Assembly (NCBI GenBank): GCA_049325335.1
Contig: JBMOMC010000001.1
Coordinates: 224,001-288,000 of the forward strand
Direction: 5' to 3'
DNA length: 64,000 nucleotides
Source: Nitrospirota bacterium
GTDB taxonomy: Bacteria; Nitrospirota; Nitrospiria; 2-01-FULL-66-17
Of this stretch, positions 18,581-27,541 are shown in pieces (the first letter of the stretch is position 1; every line of letters starts with the position of its first letter). The notes under the pieces were generated by a model, which was not told the origin of the DNA, did not search any database, and worked only from the letters and a program-made list of their open reading frames with translations. The position numbers and the translations under genes are program-made.

Positions 18581-19672
18581 ATGACGCTTCGCAACCGCTC
18601 ACCCTGGATATCCGCCGCAACGTCGGTCTGCGCCGCGCTGATGCTCGCGGCCTGCGCCGGCGCGCCGCCCGCGCCCGTTGCGCCCGTCGCGGCTCGCGTG
18701 TGGCCGCTCCCCCCGGACCCTCCGCGGATCGAATACGTCAAAGACCTTACCCAGCCCGAGGCGTCGCAAAAACGCAAGGGATTTTTCACGCGCCTGTTCG
18801 AACGCTTGGTCGGGAAAGATTCCGAAACGCCGGTTCGCATGATCCGTCCGTTCGCCCTCGTGACGAACGACGCCGGCGACCTGTTCGTCACGGACACGGG
18901 GTTGCAAGTCGTGCACCGATTCGCGGCGGACGGCGCGTACCAACAATTCTTTCGCCTGGATAAGGGACGCCGGCTGCTCTCGCCCACCGGGGTGACTCAG
19001 GACGCCGATGGGCTGTTGTACGTGGCGGATTCGCAGATGAACCGCGTGGTCGTGTTCGACCGCCGCGGCGCGTACCAACGCGAGTTCGTGGCGGATGACG
19101 ACGCGGTGCGGGTCTCGGGCATCGCGTACCACCCGGGCCGCGACGTGTTGTACGTGAGCGATGCCGGCGGACACAAAATCCTCCTGTTCGGCCGCGACGG
19201 CCGCAAGCGCTCCGAATTCGGGACGCGCGGTCCGGAGGCAGGACAATTTAACTTCCCCACGCACCTGGCGGTGGATGGGGCGGGCCGGTTGTACGTGACC
19301 GACGCCATGAATTTCCGCGTGCAAGTATTGGAACCGGACGGCCGCTGGGTGCGGTCCATCGGCCGGTTGGGCGCCACCCTGGGCAGTTTTTCCAAGCCCA
19401 AGGGCGTGGGACTGGATCAACACGGGAATGTGTACGTCGTGGACGGATTGTACGACACGGTGCAGATTTTCAATCCCGATGGGGAATTACTCATGAACTT
19501 CGGGAACGCGGGCCTTGGCGAAGGCGCGTTCTGGCTGCCCACCGGCGTGGCCGTGGACGGGCGGGACCGGATTTACGTGGCCGACACGTACAACGCCCGG
19601 GTGCAGGTGTTTCGGCTGCTGGCGGACGGAGAACAGACGAGCCGGGGAACCGGGGAGCCTGGGAACCGGTGA
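18581..19672 (+). CDS. NHL-repeat beta-propeller lipoprotein 2
   Basis: LAAC lipobox; VWPLPPDPPRIEYV; paralogous to 13215-14441 (FNFPT, NFRVQ, FSKPKG, FWLP). Confidence 0.9.
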   Translation: MTLRNRSPWISAATSVCAALMLAACAGAPPAPVAPVAARVWPLPPDPPRIEYVKDLTQPEASQKRKGFFTRLFERLVGKDSETPVRMIRPFALVTNDAGDLFVTDTGLQVVHRFAADGAYQQFFRLDKGRRLLSPTGVTQDADGLLYVADSQMNRVVVFDRRGAYQREFVADDDAVRVSGIAYHPGRDVLYVSDAGGHKILLFGRDGRKRSEFGTRGPEAGQFNFPTHLAVDGAGRLYVTDAMNFRVQVLEPDGRWVRSIGRLGATLGSFSKPKGVGLDQHGNVYVVDGLYDTVQIFNPDGELLMNFGNAGLGEGAFWLPTGVAVDGRDRIYVADTYNARVQVFRLLADGEQTSRGTGEPGNR

Positions 19673-19742
19673 AACAGATCCCGACAAATTTACGCCCCCG
19701 TTGTTCCGCTGTTTCTCCGTTTCCCCGGCTCCCCGGCTCGTC
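19637..19742. repeat. Inverted octamer array B
   Basis: GACG AGCCGGGG AACCGGGG AGCCTGGG AACCGGTG ... CCGTTTCC CCGGCTCC CCGGCTCGTC, spanning the NHL2 stop codon. Confidence 0.7.
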
Positions 19743-19761
19743 TTTTCAACTGGAGGTTGGC

Positions 19762-22700
19762 ATGACGAACGCGCGATGGCTCCGATACGTTCTGGCCGCA
19801 GGCGCAGCGGCTGCGATGACTGTCGTGGCATGGCCGCACACCGGCCACGCCCAACCCCCGCCCCCGCCGCCTCCGCCACCGAGCCAACAGGTTCTGGAAG
19901 ACATCACCAACACCAAACACAACCTGTCGTCGGTCGATCCGGCGCAATTGCTCTCTTCCGGCGTGCTCCCGCGTCCCGGCACCTCGCGCGACGCGCAGTC
20001 CACGCCGGCCGGCACCAGCGAAATCTGCGTGTTCTGCCATACCCCGCACGGCGCCAGCGTCACCGGCGGGGAGTTCAAGGCGCCGCTCTGGAACCGCAAC
20101 CTGGACTACCAAGCCTCGCGCACCTACCAACTCTACGACCAGGTCTGGAGCTTTTCCTTTGAAGGCACGCTCAATGACGCGGCGGGCCGACGGCCCACCG
20201 GGTATTCGCGCCTGTGTTTGTCCTGCCACGACGGCACCGTGGCGCTGGGCAACACGCTCAACGCGCCGGGCAGCGGCGGATACTTGGGCCAGATTCCCAT
20301 GACCGGCGCTCTCGGACCGGGAGGCACCATTCCCCGCGGCAGCGGCGACCTCACCGGCGATACGCGTCGTCTCGGATTGGATCTGCGCAACGACCACCCC
20401 ATTTCCTTCACGTTCGATTCGACTCTACTCATCCAAGACCCGGAACTGGTGGACCCCGGCCCGGCGCTGACGGCGCCGTCTAGGAAGGTCAGCGATCCCA
20501 CCCCGATCTCGCCCGCGCGGCGCTATCCGGGCAACGACACCAATACGTATGACTCGGTGCAGTGTACGTCGTGCCACAATCCGCACCAGGTCAATTACCC
20601 CAAGTTCCTGCGCGCCAACTGGTTCCACAACGAGATCAACAACCCGGACCCGACCAAGAACCACCCCACCGAACAGATCATTTGTCTGTTCTGCCACGAC
20701 AAACCCCGCTGGATTGACAACACCCATGCGATTTCCACCGCAGTCCGCAGCCAATACCCATTGGTCAACAACGACCCGTCGAACGAAAACTCGGGATATG
20801 ACTTCGACGGCAGCCATACGGTCTCGGAAGTGGCCTGCCGCAACTGCCACGACCCGCACACCATCCAAGGTGCCAAGCGCCTACACCGCGAGGGCGTGAA
20901 CGCGCAAGGCACGGACGGCATCGAAGCCACCTGTTATTTGTGCCACTCGCCCAACACCACGCCCACCGCCGTGGGCACCTTGGTGGCGGGCGACCCCACC
21001 TCCGGCGCCAACCCCAGGTTCGTCGCGGGCACGGGGCGGCCCGCGCCCGACGTCTACAGCGAATTCGCCAAAGACATCGGTATCGGGAACTGCGCGACGT
21101 TCCCTCGCTGCGGCAGCGCCATGAACCTGCAGTTCAACCAGGGCCACGAACCCGTGTTCACCGCGCGCTCCCAAGAAGGCGTGGAACTCGACAGCCCCTC
21201 ACCGCCCGCGAACAACGAAGCCGCTCCCGGCGTGAGCACGCCGGACACCGCGCACATCGAGTGCGTGGACTGCCACAACCCGCACCAGGTGGTCAGAGAC
21301 AACCGGTTGCGGGGCATCAAGGGCATCACCTACGACGCCCAGGTCATCGAGACCACTTCCGCGGACCTCAACCGGCCGTATGTCTACGAAGTCTGCTTCC
21401 GCTGTCACGGCAACAGCTACACCAATATTTTTAACGGCGATCGATACCCCGACGATACCAAATACTCATTGGGCAGCCTCAATTTTTCGTTCCGCTCGAA
21501 CCCGCAATCCGCCCCGAGCAACCCCCGATTTAGCCTGTCCGGGTTCTCGAATAAGCGATTGGAATTCGCGACGTATGGGCGGCTTGAACGCGAACGTCAA
21601 GGCGGACCCGATGCCAGCTATGTCCTTGGCGACCCGTGGCCGACGGATCCGACTCGGCGCGTGGGGCCCGGCGCTCACAAGTCTTTCCACCCCGTGGTCG
21701 CCGGCGGCCGCAACGGCACCGACGCGTTGACCAAACAACTCCAAGCATGGTCCGCCGGACGCGCGGCCCATGAGATCACGATCCAATGCACGGACTGCCA
21801 CAACAACGACTATTACAACGCCTACGGCACCAGCGGGTCACAGACCGTGGTGCAGTCCCGCTTCCTCGGTCCCATCACGGAGAGCAACACCGTGCGGCCC
21901 GGAGACGTGCGGAACCTCGGCATTGCGCAGGATTATGACGGCGAGCGGAGCCAACACCCCATTGGCCCGCATGGATCCAACTACATTCGTATTCTCCGCG
22001 CGCCCTACAATACCGACATCGCCAACTCGAACCGAAGCTTCCCTAACGACGGATTCAGTTCGTCCCATTGGGACAAGTTCCTCCTATGCTTTCAGTGCCA
22101 TGACCGCAATGCGTTTGACCCGTTCCTGAACCCCAGCGGCGTGCAGGATGCGAGCTGGACCAACTTTTTCGGCGTCCCGGGAGACCCGAATGACGGCGCG
22201 GGTGGGCAGTTCCCGCCGACCCAATTGAGTTGGGAATCCAATCTGCACATGTACCATCTGCAACGCACCGGTGCGTTGTGCCACGAATGCCACTACAACG
22301 TCCACAGCAATGTGCAGGCGCAAAACACGATCTTCGGCGACGGAACCGGGTGCATCGGCGGCACCACCGGTTGCCCGGCCGGCCTCCCGCCGGATGACGA
22401 AGACGGCGTGGCCGACGGGGTCAGCGACACGCACTTGATCAACTTCGCGCCCCCAGGGCCATCCACCTACACCGGCGCTCGCCGGTGCGACGAAAACATC
22501 ACGGGCGGAGACGTGGCGTGTATCGAAGGCGCGACCGCCAACCCCAACCCCTCCAGTACCGGCACGGAACTGTCGTCGGATCCCAAATCCAACGTGTTCT
22601 CCGGCGTCGAGGGAGTCACCGCGGACCGACCGGTCTGGTATTACACCGAAACGATCGGGGGCGATGCCCCGGGCCAACCGTACGGCGTGTTTCGGTGTAA

Positions 22701-22983
22701 TTTGCGCTGCCACGGCGTGGTGATGTCCACCTGTTATTACATGGGCAACGCCAACCGCAATTTGAACCGCCAGATGAATGTCGGTTTACCCAACGGGACG
22801 TGGTGCGCGGGAGGGCGGGACCAGATCGCGCCCATCGGCATCGGTTCGGCCCCGCCTCCGGAGATCCAACAGTTGCTGGCGGGCTTCGGACAGGGCTTGA
22901 CGTCCGGTCGATTGGAAGAGGCCGCCAAACGCGCGGTCCGGCTGGCATCGGAAACACCGGCGCGACCGGCTCACGCCCACTAA
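19762..22983 (+). CDS. Large secreted multiheme cytochrome c (11 CxxCH + 1 CxxxCH), N-terminal OmcE-like module
   Basis: GGAGG RBS, signal peptide, poly-Pro. Motifs: CVFCH, CLSCH, CTSCH, CLFCH, CRNCH, CYLCH, CVDCH, CFRCH, CTDCH, CFQCH, CHECH, CNLRCH. Confidence 0.9.
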   Translation: MTNARWLRYVLAAGAAAAMTVVAWPHTGHAQPPPPPPPPPSQQVLEDITNTKHNLSSVDPAQLLSSGVLPRPGTSRDAQSTPAGTSEICVFCHTPHGASVTGGEFKAPLWNRNLDYQASRTYQLYDQVWSFSFEGTLNDAAGRRPTGYSRLCLSCHDGTVALGNTLNAPGSGGYLGQIPMTGALGPGGTIPRGSGDLTGDTRRLGLDLRNDHPISFTFDSTLLIQDPELVDPGPALTAPSRKVSDPTPISPARRYPGNDTNTYDSVQCTSCHNPHQVNYPKFLRANWFHNEINNPDPTKNHPTEQIICLFCHDKPRWIDNTHAISTAVRSQYPLVNNDPSNENSGYDFDGSHTVSEVACRNCHDPHTIQGAKRLHREGVNAQGTDGIEATCYLCHSPNTTPTAVGTLVAGDPTSGANPRFVAGTGRPAPDVYSEFAKDIGIGNCATFPRCGSAMNLQFNQGHEPVFTARSQEGVELDSPSPPANNEAAPGVSTPDTAHIECVDCHNPHQVVRDNRLRGIKGITYDAQVIETTSADLNRPYVYEVCFRCHGNSYTNIFNGDRYPDDTKYSLGSLNFSFRSNPQSAPSNPRFSLSGFSNKRLEFATYGRLERERQGGPDASYVLGDPWPTDPTRRVGPGAHKSFHPVVAGGRNGTDALTKQLQAWSAGRAAHEITIQCTDCHNNDYYNAYGTSGSQTVVQSRFLGPITESNTVRPGDVRNLGIAQDYDGERSQHPIGPHGSNYIRILRAPYNTDIANSNRSFPNDGFSSSHWDKFLLCFQCHDRNAFDPFLNPSGVQDASWTNFFGVPGDPNDGAGGQFPPTQLSWESNLHMYHLQRTGALCHECHYNVHSNVQAQNTIFGDGTGCIGGTTGCPAGLPPDDEDGVADGVSDTHLINFAPPGPSTYTGARRCDENITGGDVACIEGATANPNPSSTGTELSSDPKSNVFSGVEGVTADRPVWYYTETIGGDAPGQPYGVFRCNLRCHGVVMSTCYYMGNANRNLNRQMNVGLPNGTWCAGGRDQIAPIGIGSAPPPEIQQLLAGFGQGLTSGRLEEAAKRAVRLASETPARPAHAH

Positions 22984-22990
22984 CCGGCTC

Positions 22991-23788
22991 GTGGATAAGG
23001 GTTGGCTCGCGGTTGGCGCCGTGGTCATCGTGGTGGCGGCCGCGGCATTACTGGTGCAACACGGTCCTGGGGAACCGCCCGACGGCATGGTCGTGATTCC
23101 CGGCGGCACGTTTCATCTGGGCAGCCGCGGCGACGAGGCCAGGGTGGGGTTTGAAATCGGGGTGGATGAGATGCCGCAACACGCGGTTCGCCTGCGCTCG
23201 TTTTTCCTCGACCGGCACGAAGTCACCAACGCGCAGTACCACCGCTTCATCGCGGCCACCGGGCGTCCGAGCCCGGCCGATCCCCACGACGCCCAGTATT
23301 ACTCGTGGGTGGACGGCAAGCCGCCGGCCGGCCAGGAAGAGCATCCGGTTTGCTACGTCAATTGGGAGGAAGCGGACGCCTACTGCCGATGGGCCGGGAA
23401 ACGCCTCCCGACCGAAGCCGAATGGGAACGCGCGGCGCGCGGGGACGACAACCGTCCCTGGCCGTGGGGCACCGTCTTCGACCCCGCGCGCTGTAACGCC
23501 ATGGAAACCGACCTGCGGTGGTCCACCCCGGTCGGCAGTTTCCCGGACGGCGCCAGCCCGTACGGCGTGCTGGATTTGTGCGGCAACGTGGCCGAGTGGA
23601 CCGCGTCTTGGTACGAGCCCTACCCCGGCAACACCCTCACCCGCGGCGCCTTCGGCAAACAGATGCGCGTGGCGCGCGGCGGCGCGTGGGTGCTCACCGC
23701 CGAACCCTGGTCGCGCGCCACCAACCGCAATTTGTCGCAACCGCCGGACCTGCGGCATCGGAGTTTGGGGTTCAGGTGCGCGAAGTGA
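22991..23788 (+). CDS. FGE/SUMF1-fold protein 1 (N-terminal membrane anchor)
   Basis: MVVIPGGTF.LG, EVTNAQY, RLPTEAEWERAARG, GNVAEW, RGGAW, GFRC. Confidence 0.9.
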   Translation: MDKGWLAVGAVVIVVAAAALLVQHGPGEPPDGMVVIPGGTFHLGSRGDEARVGFEIGVDEMPQHAVRLRSFFLDRHEVTNAQYHRFIAATGRPSPADPHDAQYYSWVDGKPPAGQEEHPVCYVNWEEADAYCRWAGKRLPTEAEWERAARGDDNRPWPWGTVFDPARCNAMETDLRWSTPVGSFPDGASPYGVLDLCGNVAEWTASWYEPYPGNTLTRGAFGKQMRVARGGAWVLTAEPWSRATNRNLSQPPDLRHRSLGFRCAK

Positions 23789-24720
23789 TTGAGCCGGGGA
23801 GCCGGGGAGCCGGAGAAACGGTGAAGAAGCGAGAAAAACAATCAGTCGTTGTCGAACCGATTCCCCGCGTCTCCGGCTCTCCGGCTCATCTTTCCACCGT
23901 TGCGCCGATTCCCCAGTTCCCCGGCTCCCCCCACCGTCTTTTCATCGCTCTTCTAGCTGTCGTTCTCCTCTCCTGCTCTCATCCCCCGCTCTCCCCCTCC
24001 CCGGTTCCCCCCCTCGTCTCTTCTCCCCCTCCCCCCCTCGGTCCATTAGGAATGGTGTTCATTCCCTCCGGACCATTCCTGATGGGCAGCGCGCCCAGTC
24101 CGACGCTGGCGTGGTACGAACAAGGGGTCGATGAAACGCCGCAACGTCGCGTCACCCTCAGCGCGTTTTGGATCGATCGGCACGAAGTGAGCGAAGGCGC
24201 GTACGCCGCGTTTGTCGCGTCCACTGGACATCGCGCCCCGCGCATGTGGCCCGATGGCAGGCCTCCGCATGACGATCACCCGGTTGTGGATGTGTCCTGG
24301 AACGACGCGGACGCCTACTGTCGGTGGGCCGGGAAACGCCTGCCGACCGAAGCCGAGTGGGAGAAAGCCGCGCGAGGACCCGACGGCCGCATCTGGCCGT
24401 GGGGCAATGACTACCGACCAGGCGCCGCGGTCTTGCAGGACTCCTCGCGCGGGGATACCGCCGCGTCGGGCAGCCATCCCGATGACGTGAGCCCGTACGG
24501 CGTGTACGATATGGCCGGCAACGCCATGGAGTGGACCGCGTCATGGTATGAGAAGTATCCGGGCAGCACGCTGGAGCGGCTCGATTTCGGCGAACAATAT
24601 CGCGTCCTCAAAGGCGGCGCGTGGACCACCCCCGCGTTGCCGTTCAGCCGCGCCGCCAATCGCCACGCCATCGCCCCGTTCTGGGACCACCCGCATTTCG
24701 GCTTCAGATGCGCGAAATGA
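23785..24720 (+). CDS. FGE/SUMF1-fold lipoprotein 2
   Basis: LLSC lipobox; RLPTEAEWEKAARG, GNAMEW, KGGAW, GFRC. Start uncertain (GTG 23785 or 23821). Confidence 0.85.
   Translation: MIEPGSRGAGETVKKREKQSVVVEPIPRVSGSPAHLSTVAPIPQFPGSPHRLFIALLAVVLLSCSHPPLSPSPVPPLVSSPPPPLGPLGMVFIPSGPFLMGSAPSPTLAWYEQGVDETPQRRVTLSAFWIDRHEVSEGAYAAFVASTGHRAPRMWPDGRPPHDDHPVVDVSWNDADAYCRWAGKRLPTEAEWEKAARGPDGRIWPWGNDYRPGAAVLQDSSRGDTAASGSHPDDVSPYGVYDMAGNAMEWTASWYEKYPGSTLERLDFGEQYRVLKGGAWTTPALPFSRAANRHAIAPFWDHPHFGFRCAK
23791..24040. repeat. Inverted octamer array C and pyrimidine-rich tract
   Basis: GAGCCGGG x2, GAGCCGGA, GAAACGGT, answered by CCGATTCC, CCGGCTCT, CCGGCTCA and CCGGCTCC units. Confidence 0.7.
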
Positions 24721-25154
24721 TCGAGGGGGTGAGGGGGAGAATGGGCGAGGGGGAGACCAGACCGACAAGCGGTTCTCCGAGAATAGGGAATCACCGCGAG
24801 CTGCGGGTGTATCAAGGCGCGATGGAGGCAGCGATGCGCGTGTATGAGGCGACCAAATCGTTTCCTCCGGAAGAACGGTATTCCCTGGTCGATCAGATGC
24901 GCCGTTCGTCGCGATCCGTGTGTGCTAATCTGGCTGAAGCCTGGCGCAAACGCCGTTACCCAGCGGCGTTTGTGGCGAAGCTAACCGACGCAGAGGGTGA
25001 AGCATGCGAAACGCAAGTATGGATCGACTTCGCCAAGCGATGCCGGTATCTTGATAACGTCACCTGTCGAGAGCTTGACCAGGTGTACGATCACGTACTC
25101 GCTCAGCTCGTCTGTATGATCGACGAGCCAGGGAAATGGACCATTACGAAGTAG
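24717..25154 (+). CDS. Four-helix-bundle protein (23S rRNA IVS-encoded protein-like family)
   Basis: HRELRVYQ.AM...FPPEERYSLVDQMRRSSRSVCANLAEAW...EACETQVW family signature. Confidence 0.9.
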   Translation: MIEGVRGRMGEGETRPTSGSPRIGNHRELRVYQGAMEAAMRVYEATKSFPPEERYSLVDQMRRSSRSVCANLAEAWRKRRYPAAFVAKLTDAEGEACETQVWIDFAKRCRYLDNVTCRELDQVYDHVLAQLVCMIDEPGKWTITK

Positions 25155-25189
25155 CTTCCACGATGCCCCGACGGAAAGAGGACCTCCCC

Positions 25190-26008
25190 ATGCGCACATT
25201 CACCGTTTGTGGATTTGTGGCCTTTTTAGCCGTGTCCTGCTCCATTCACCCCCTCACCCCCTCACCCCCTCACCCCCTCGCCCCTCCGCCGGGTATGGTC
25301 TTAATACCCCCCGGTCCCTTCTGGATGGGTAGTGACGCCTCCGACGGGGCGCTGGGCATCGAAGTCGGCGTGGACGAAACACCTCGTCACCAGGTCCACG
25401 TGCCCGCGTACTTCATCGACAAATACGAAGTCACCAACGCGCAATACGGCGAATACGTGAAGGCCGTCGGCTCCGCGTACCAACCCGCGCCCTGGCGCGA
25501 ACGCGACGCGCTGAACAAGGAACCCAACCACCCGGTGGGCGACACGGACTACTACGATGCGGAGGCCTACTGCACCTGGGCGGGCAAGCGCCTGCCGACC
25601 GAAGCCGAGTGGGAAAAAGCCGCGCGCGGGCCGGATGGCGCGGCGTACCCCTGGGGCCCGACGTTTTCGCGCGAGCGGGCCAATACCATGGAGAGTGGCT
25701 TGGCGTGGAGCAAACCCGTAGGCAGTTACCCGCAGGGCGCGAGCGTGTACGGCGTCGAGGATCTCATTGGCAACGTGTGGGAGTGGACCAGTTCCTGGTA
25801 CGAGCGGTACCCCGGCAACACCGTGGAGCGCGCCGCGTACGGGCAGAAATACCACGTGTTGCGCGGCGGCTCCTGGGGCGCGCCGGCCGTGCCCTTTGCC
25901 CGCGCCGCCAACCGCCACGCGCCCGAGCTGTTCGCGATCAACGACCGCGACACGGACTGGCACACCGGCTACGACGTAGGCTTTCGCTGCGCGAGGGACG
26001 CGAGATAA
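25190..26008 (+). CDS. FGE/SUMF1-fold lipoprotein 3
   Basis: GAGGA RBS; AVSC lipobox; RLPTEAEWEKAARG, GNVWEW, RGGSW, VGFRC. Confidence 0.88.
   Translation: MRTFTVCGFVAFLAVSCSIHPLTPSPPHPLAPPPGMVLIPPGPFWMGSDASDGALGIEVGVDETPRHQVHVPAYFIDKYEVTNAQYGEYVKAVGSAYQPAPWRERDALNKEPNHPVGDTDYYDAEAYCTWAGKRLPTEAEWEKAARGPDGAAYPWGPTFSRERANTMESGLAWSKPVGSYPQGASVYGVEDLIGNVWEWTSSWYERYPGNTVERAAYGQKYHVLRGGSWGAPAVPFARAANRHAPELFAINDRDTDWHTGYDVGFRCARDAR
25247..25286. repeat. (CACCCCCT)4 array, inverted partner of the AGGGGGTG units at 24724-24756
   Basis: Read directly from the sequence; the two arms bracket the four-helix-bundle gene. Confidence 0.7.
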
Positions 26009-26174
26009 ACGGACTTACGTATACTCACGGCTGACGCGTACGCTTGAGATGCTCCGGGTGGAGGGAGGTACGCCACCGTCAATGGAATGCTCGATCCTAC
26101 ATCTCGAACTGGATAACGAGTGCAAGAGAAAACTGCGAGGCCATCGAACAGCCGTGGTGAGGGCGCCGCACTCC

Positions 26175-27425
26175 CTACCCCAGAAGGTGCCAGGGCACGG
26201 CCACGATGTTCTCCGCCAGGCGGGTGACCTCACGACCGGTGTGGATGAGCAGTCCGCCGACGGCTTCGGGATACTCGTGACAGAATGCCTGTAACCCCGC
26301 GGCATCGCTATATCGCGGCGTGGCGGAGAGTTTCACTTCGATGGCCAGCAGTTTTCGCGCGTGCTCGATGACAAAATCCACCTCCTGCCCCGTGGTCGTT
26401 CGCCAGTAAAAGAGGCGCGGCCGCGGAAGCCAGGCCTGCACCGCCACGAGCAGATGGAGCAGCACCAACGTTTCGAACAGGCCGCCGGCTTCCCGCGAGG
26501 CCGACAGTGTCCGCTCCTCGTGGTGACCGGCCAAGTACGCGGCGAGTCCGGGATCGGTCCAATACAGCTTGGGAGTTTTGATCAGTCGTGTGGTCCGACT
26601 CCTGGCGAACGCCGGGATGCGGACTAGCAGGTGGGAGGCTTCCAGGAGATTGAGGTAGCGATGCACCGTGGGTTGGCTGACTCCGGTATCGCGCGAGACC
26701 TCGGTCTGATTGAGCATCTGGCCGCTACGCAGCGCCAGCGCCTCCATCACGCGCCGGAAGTCCGCCAGGGAATCGACCTGGGACAACTGACGCAGATCGC
26801 GCTCCAGGTAGGTCGCCACGTACCCCTCCCACCAACGAAGCACGGCCGCGGTGCCGGAGAGGGTCGTCAGGGCCGGCATGAATCCGCGCAACATGTGGAA
26901 CACGGGTGACTCGTCGGTGTCGATCCTCCGCTCACGCGGGAACACGCCTCGCAAGACGCCACGCAGGAGATCCGAATCAGGGCGGCCGTAAAGTTCGCCC
27001 AGCGCCATGGGCAGCAGCGTGAAATAGACGGCGCGACCGGCGAGCGTCTCGCTCACGTTCCGCATCAGCAGCAAATTGGCGGAGCCCGAGAGCACGAATC
27101 GAACCACCTGGCGCCGTCGATCCACGGCCTGTTTGACCGCCGACAAGAGCGCCGGCGACTTCTGCACTTCGTCCAACACCACGCGGTCAACGCCCGCCCA
27201 CAAGGCGGCCGGGTCCCGCTCGGCCCGGTGGAGGGCGTCGAAATCGTCCAGCGTGACATACCGCCATGTGGAGAAGGGCTCCTCGTGCCGCAGCAGCGTG
27301 CTTTTGCCGACCTGGCGGGCTCCGGTCAGAATCACCACCGGGTGATCGTCGACCGCCTGCCGCATCAACGAGGCCAGCCTCCGGGGTTGATATAATAATT
27401 CATATTGTGAATGATTATCATTCAT
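26175..27425 (-). CDS. AAA_14/DUF4143 family ATPase
   Basis: GARQVGKST, LDEVQ, SGSANL, LAGRA, YLERDL, KTPKLY..DPGL, EVDFV...AIEVK. Confidence 0.9.
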   Translation of the reverse strand: MNDNHSQYELLYQPRRLASLMRQAVDDHPVVILTGARQVGKSTLLRHEEPFSTWRYVTLDDFDALHRAERDPAALWAGVDRVVLDEVQKSPALLSAVKQAVDRRRQVVRFVLSGSANLLLMRNVSETLAGRAVYFTLLPMALGELYGRPDSDLLRGVLRGVFPRERRIDTDESPVFHMLRGFMPALTTLSGTAAVLRWWEGYVATYLERDLRQLSQVDSLADFRRVMEALALRSGQMLNQTEVSRDTGVSQPTVHRYLNLLEASHLLVRIPAFARSRTTRLIKTPKLYWTDPGLAAYLAGHHEERTLSASREAGGLFETLVLLHLLVAVQAWLPRPRLFYWRTTTGQEVDFVIEHARKLLAIEVKLSATPRYSDAAGLQAFCHEYPEAVGGLLIHTGREVTRLAENIVAVPWHLLG

Positions 27426-27541
27426 CAAACGAATGATACGTCTCGGCGCTCCCTCCTGTCAATCCTGATGTCATATTCGTGTCATGTTCGCGGCCTCCAC
27501 TAGACATCGCGGGCATTCCGGCAATCATGGGGGGGTAAATG

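Noticed and set aside
19669..19761. Upstream start of the large cytochrome given in the ORF track
   Set aside because: It falls inside the octamer hairpin; ATG 19762 has a GGAGG RBS and begins a clean signal peptide.
13236..25286. CRISPR array
   Set aside because: The repeats are 8-mers in inverted arrays with no unique spacers, and there are no cas genes.
22991..26008. True formylglycine-generating enzymes / sulfatase maturation
   Set aside because: The catalytic Cys pair after RGG(S/A) is absent and no sulfatase is nearby.
22991..26170. Diversity-generating retroelement (FGE-type C-lectin targets plus an Avd-like four-helix bundle)
   Set aside because: No reverse transcriptase in the window and no template repeat. 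The three 3' ends differ at all base types and by indels, not only at adenines. A remote trans-acting DGR cannot be excluded from this window.
26049..26294. 81-aa ORF after the third FGE gene
   Set aside because: No motif, it overlaps the convergent ATPase, and there is no convincing RBS.
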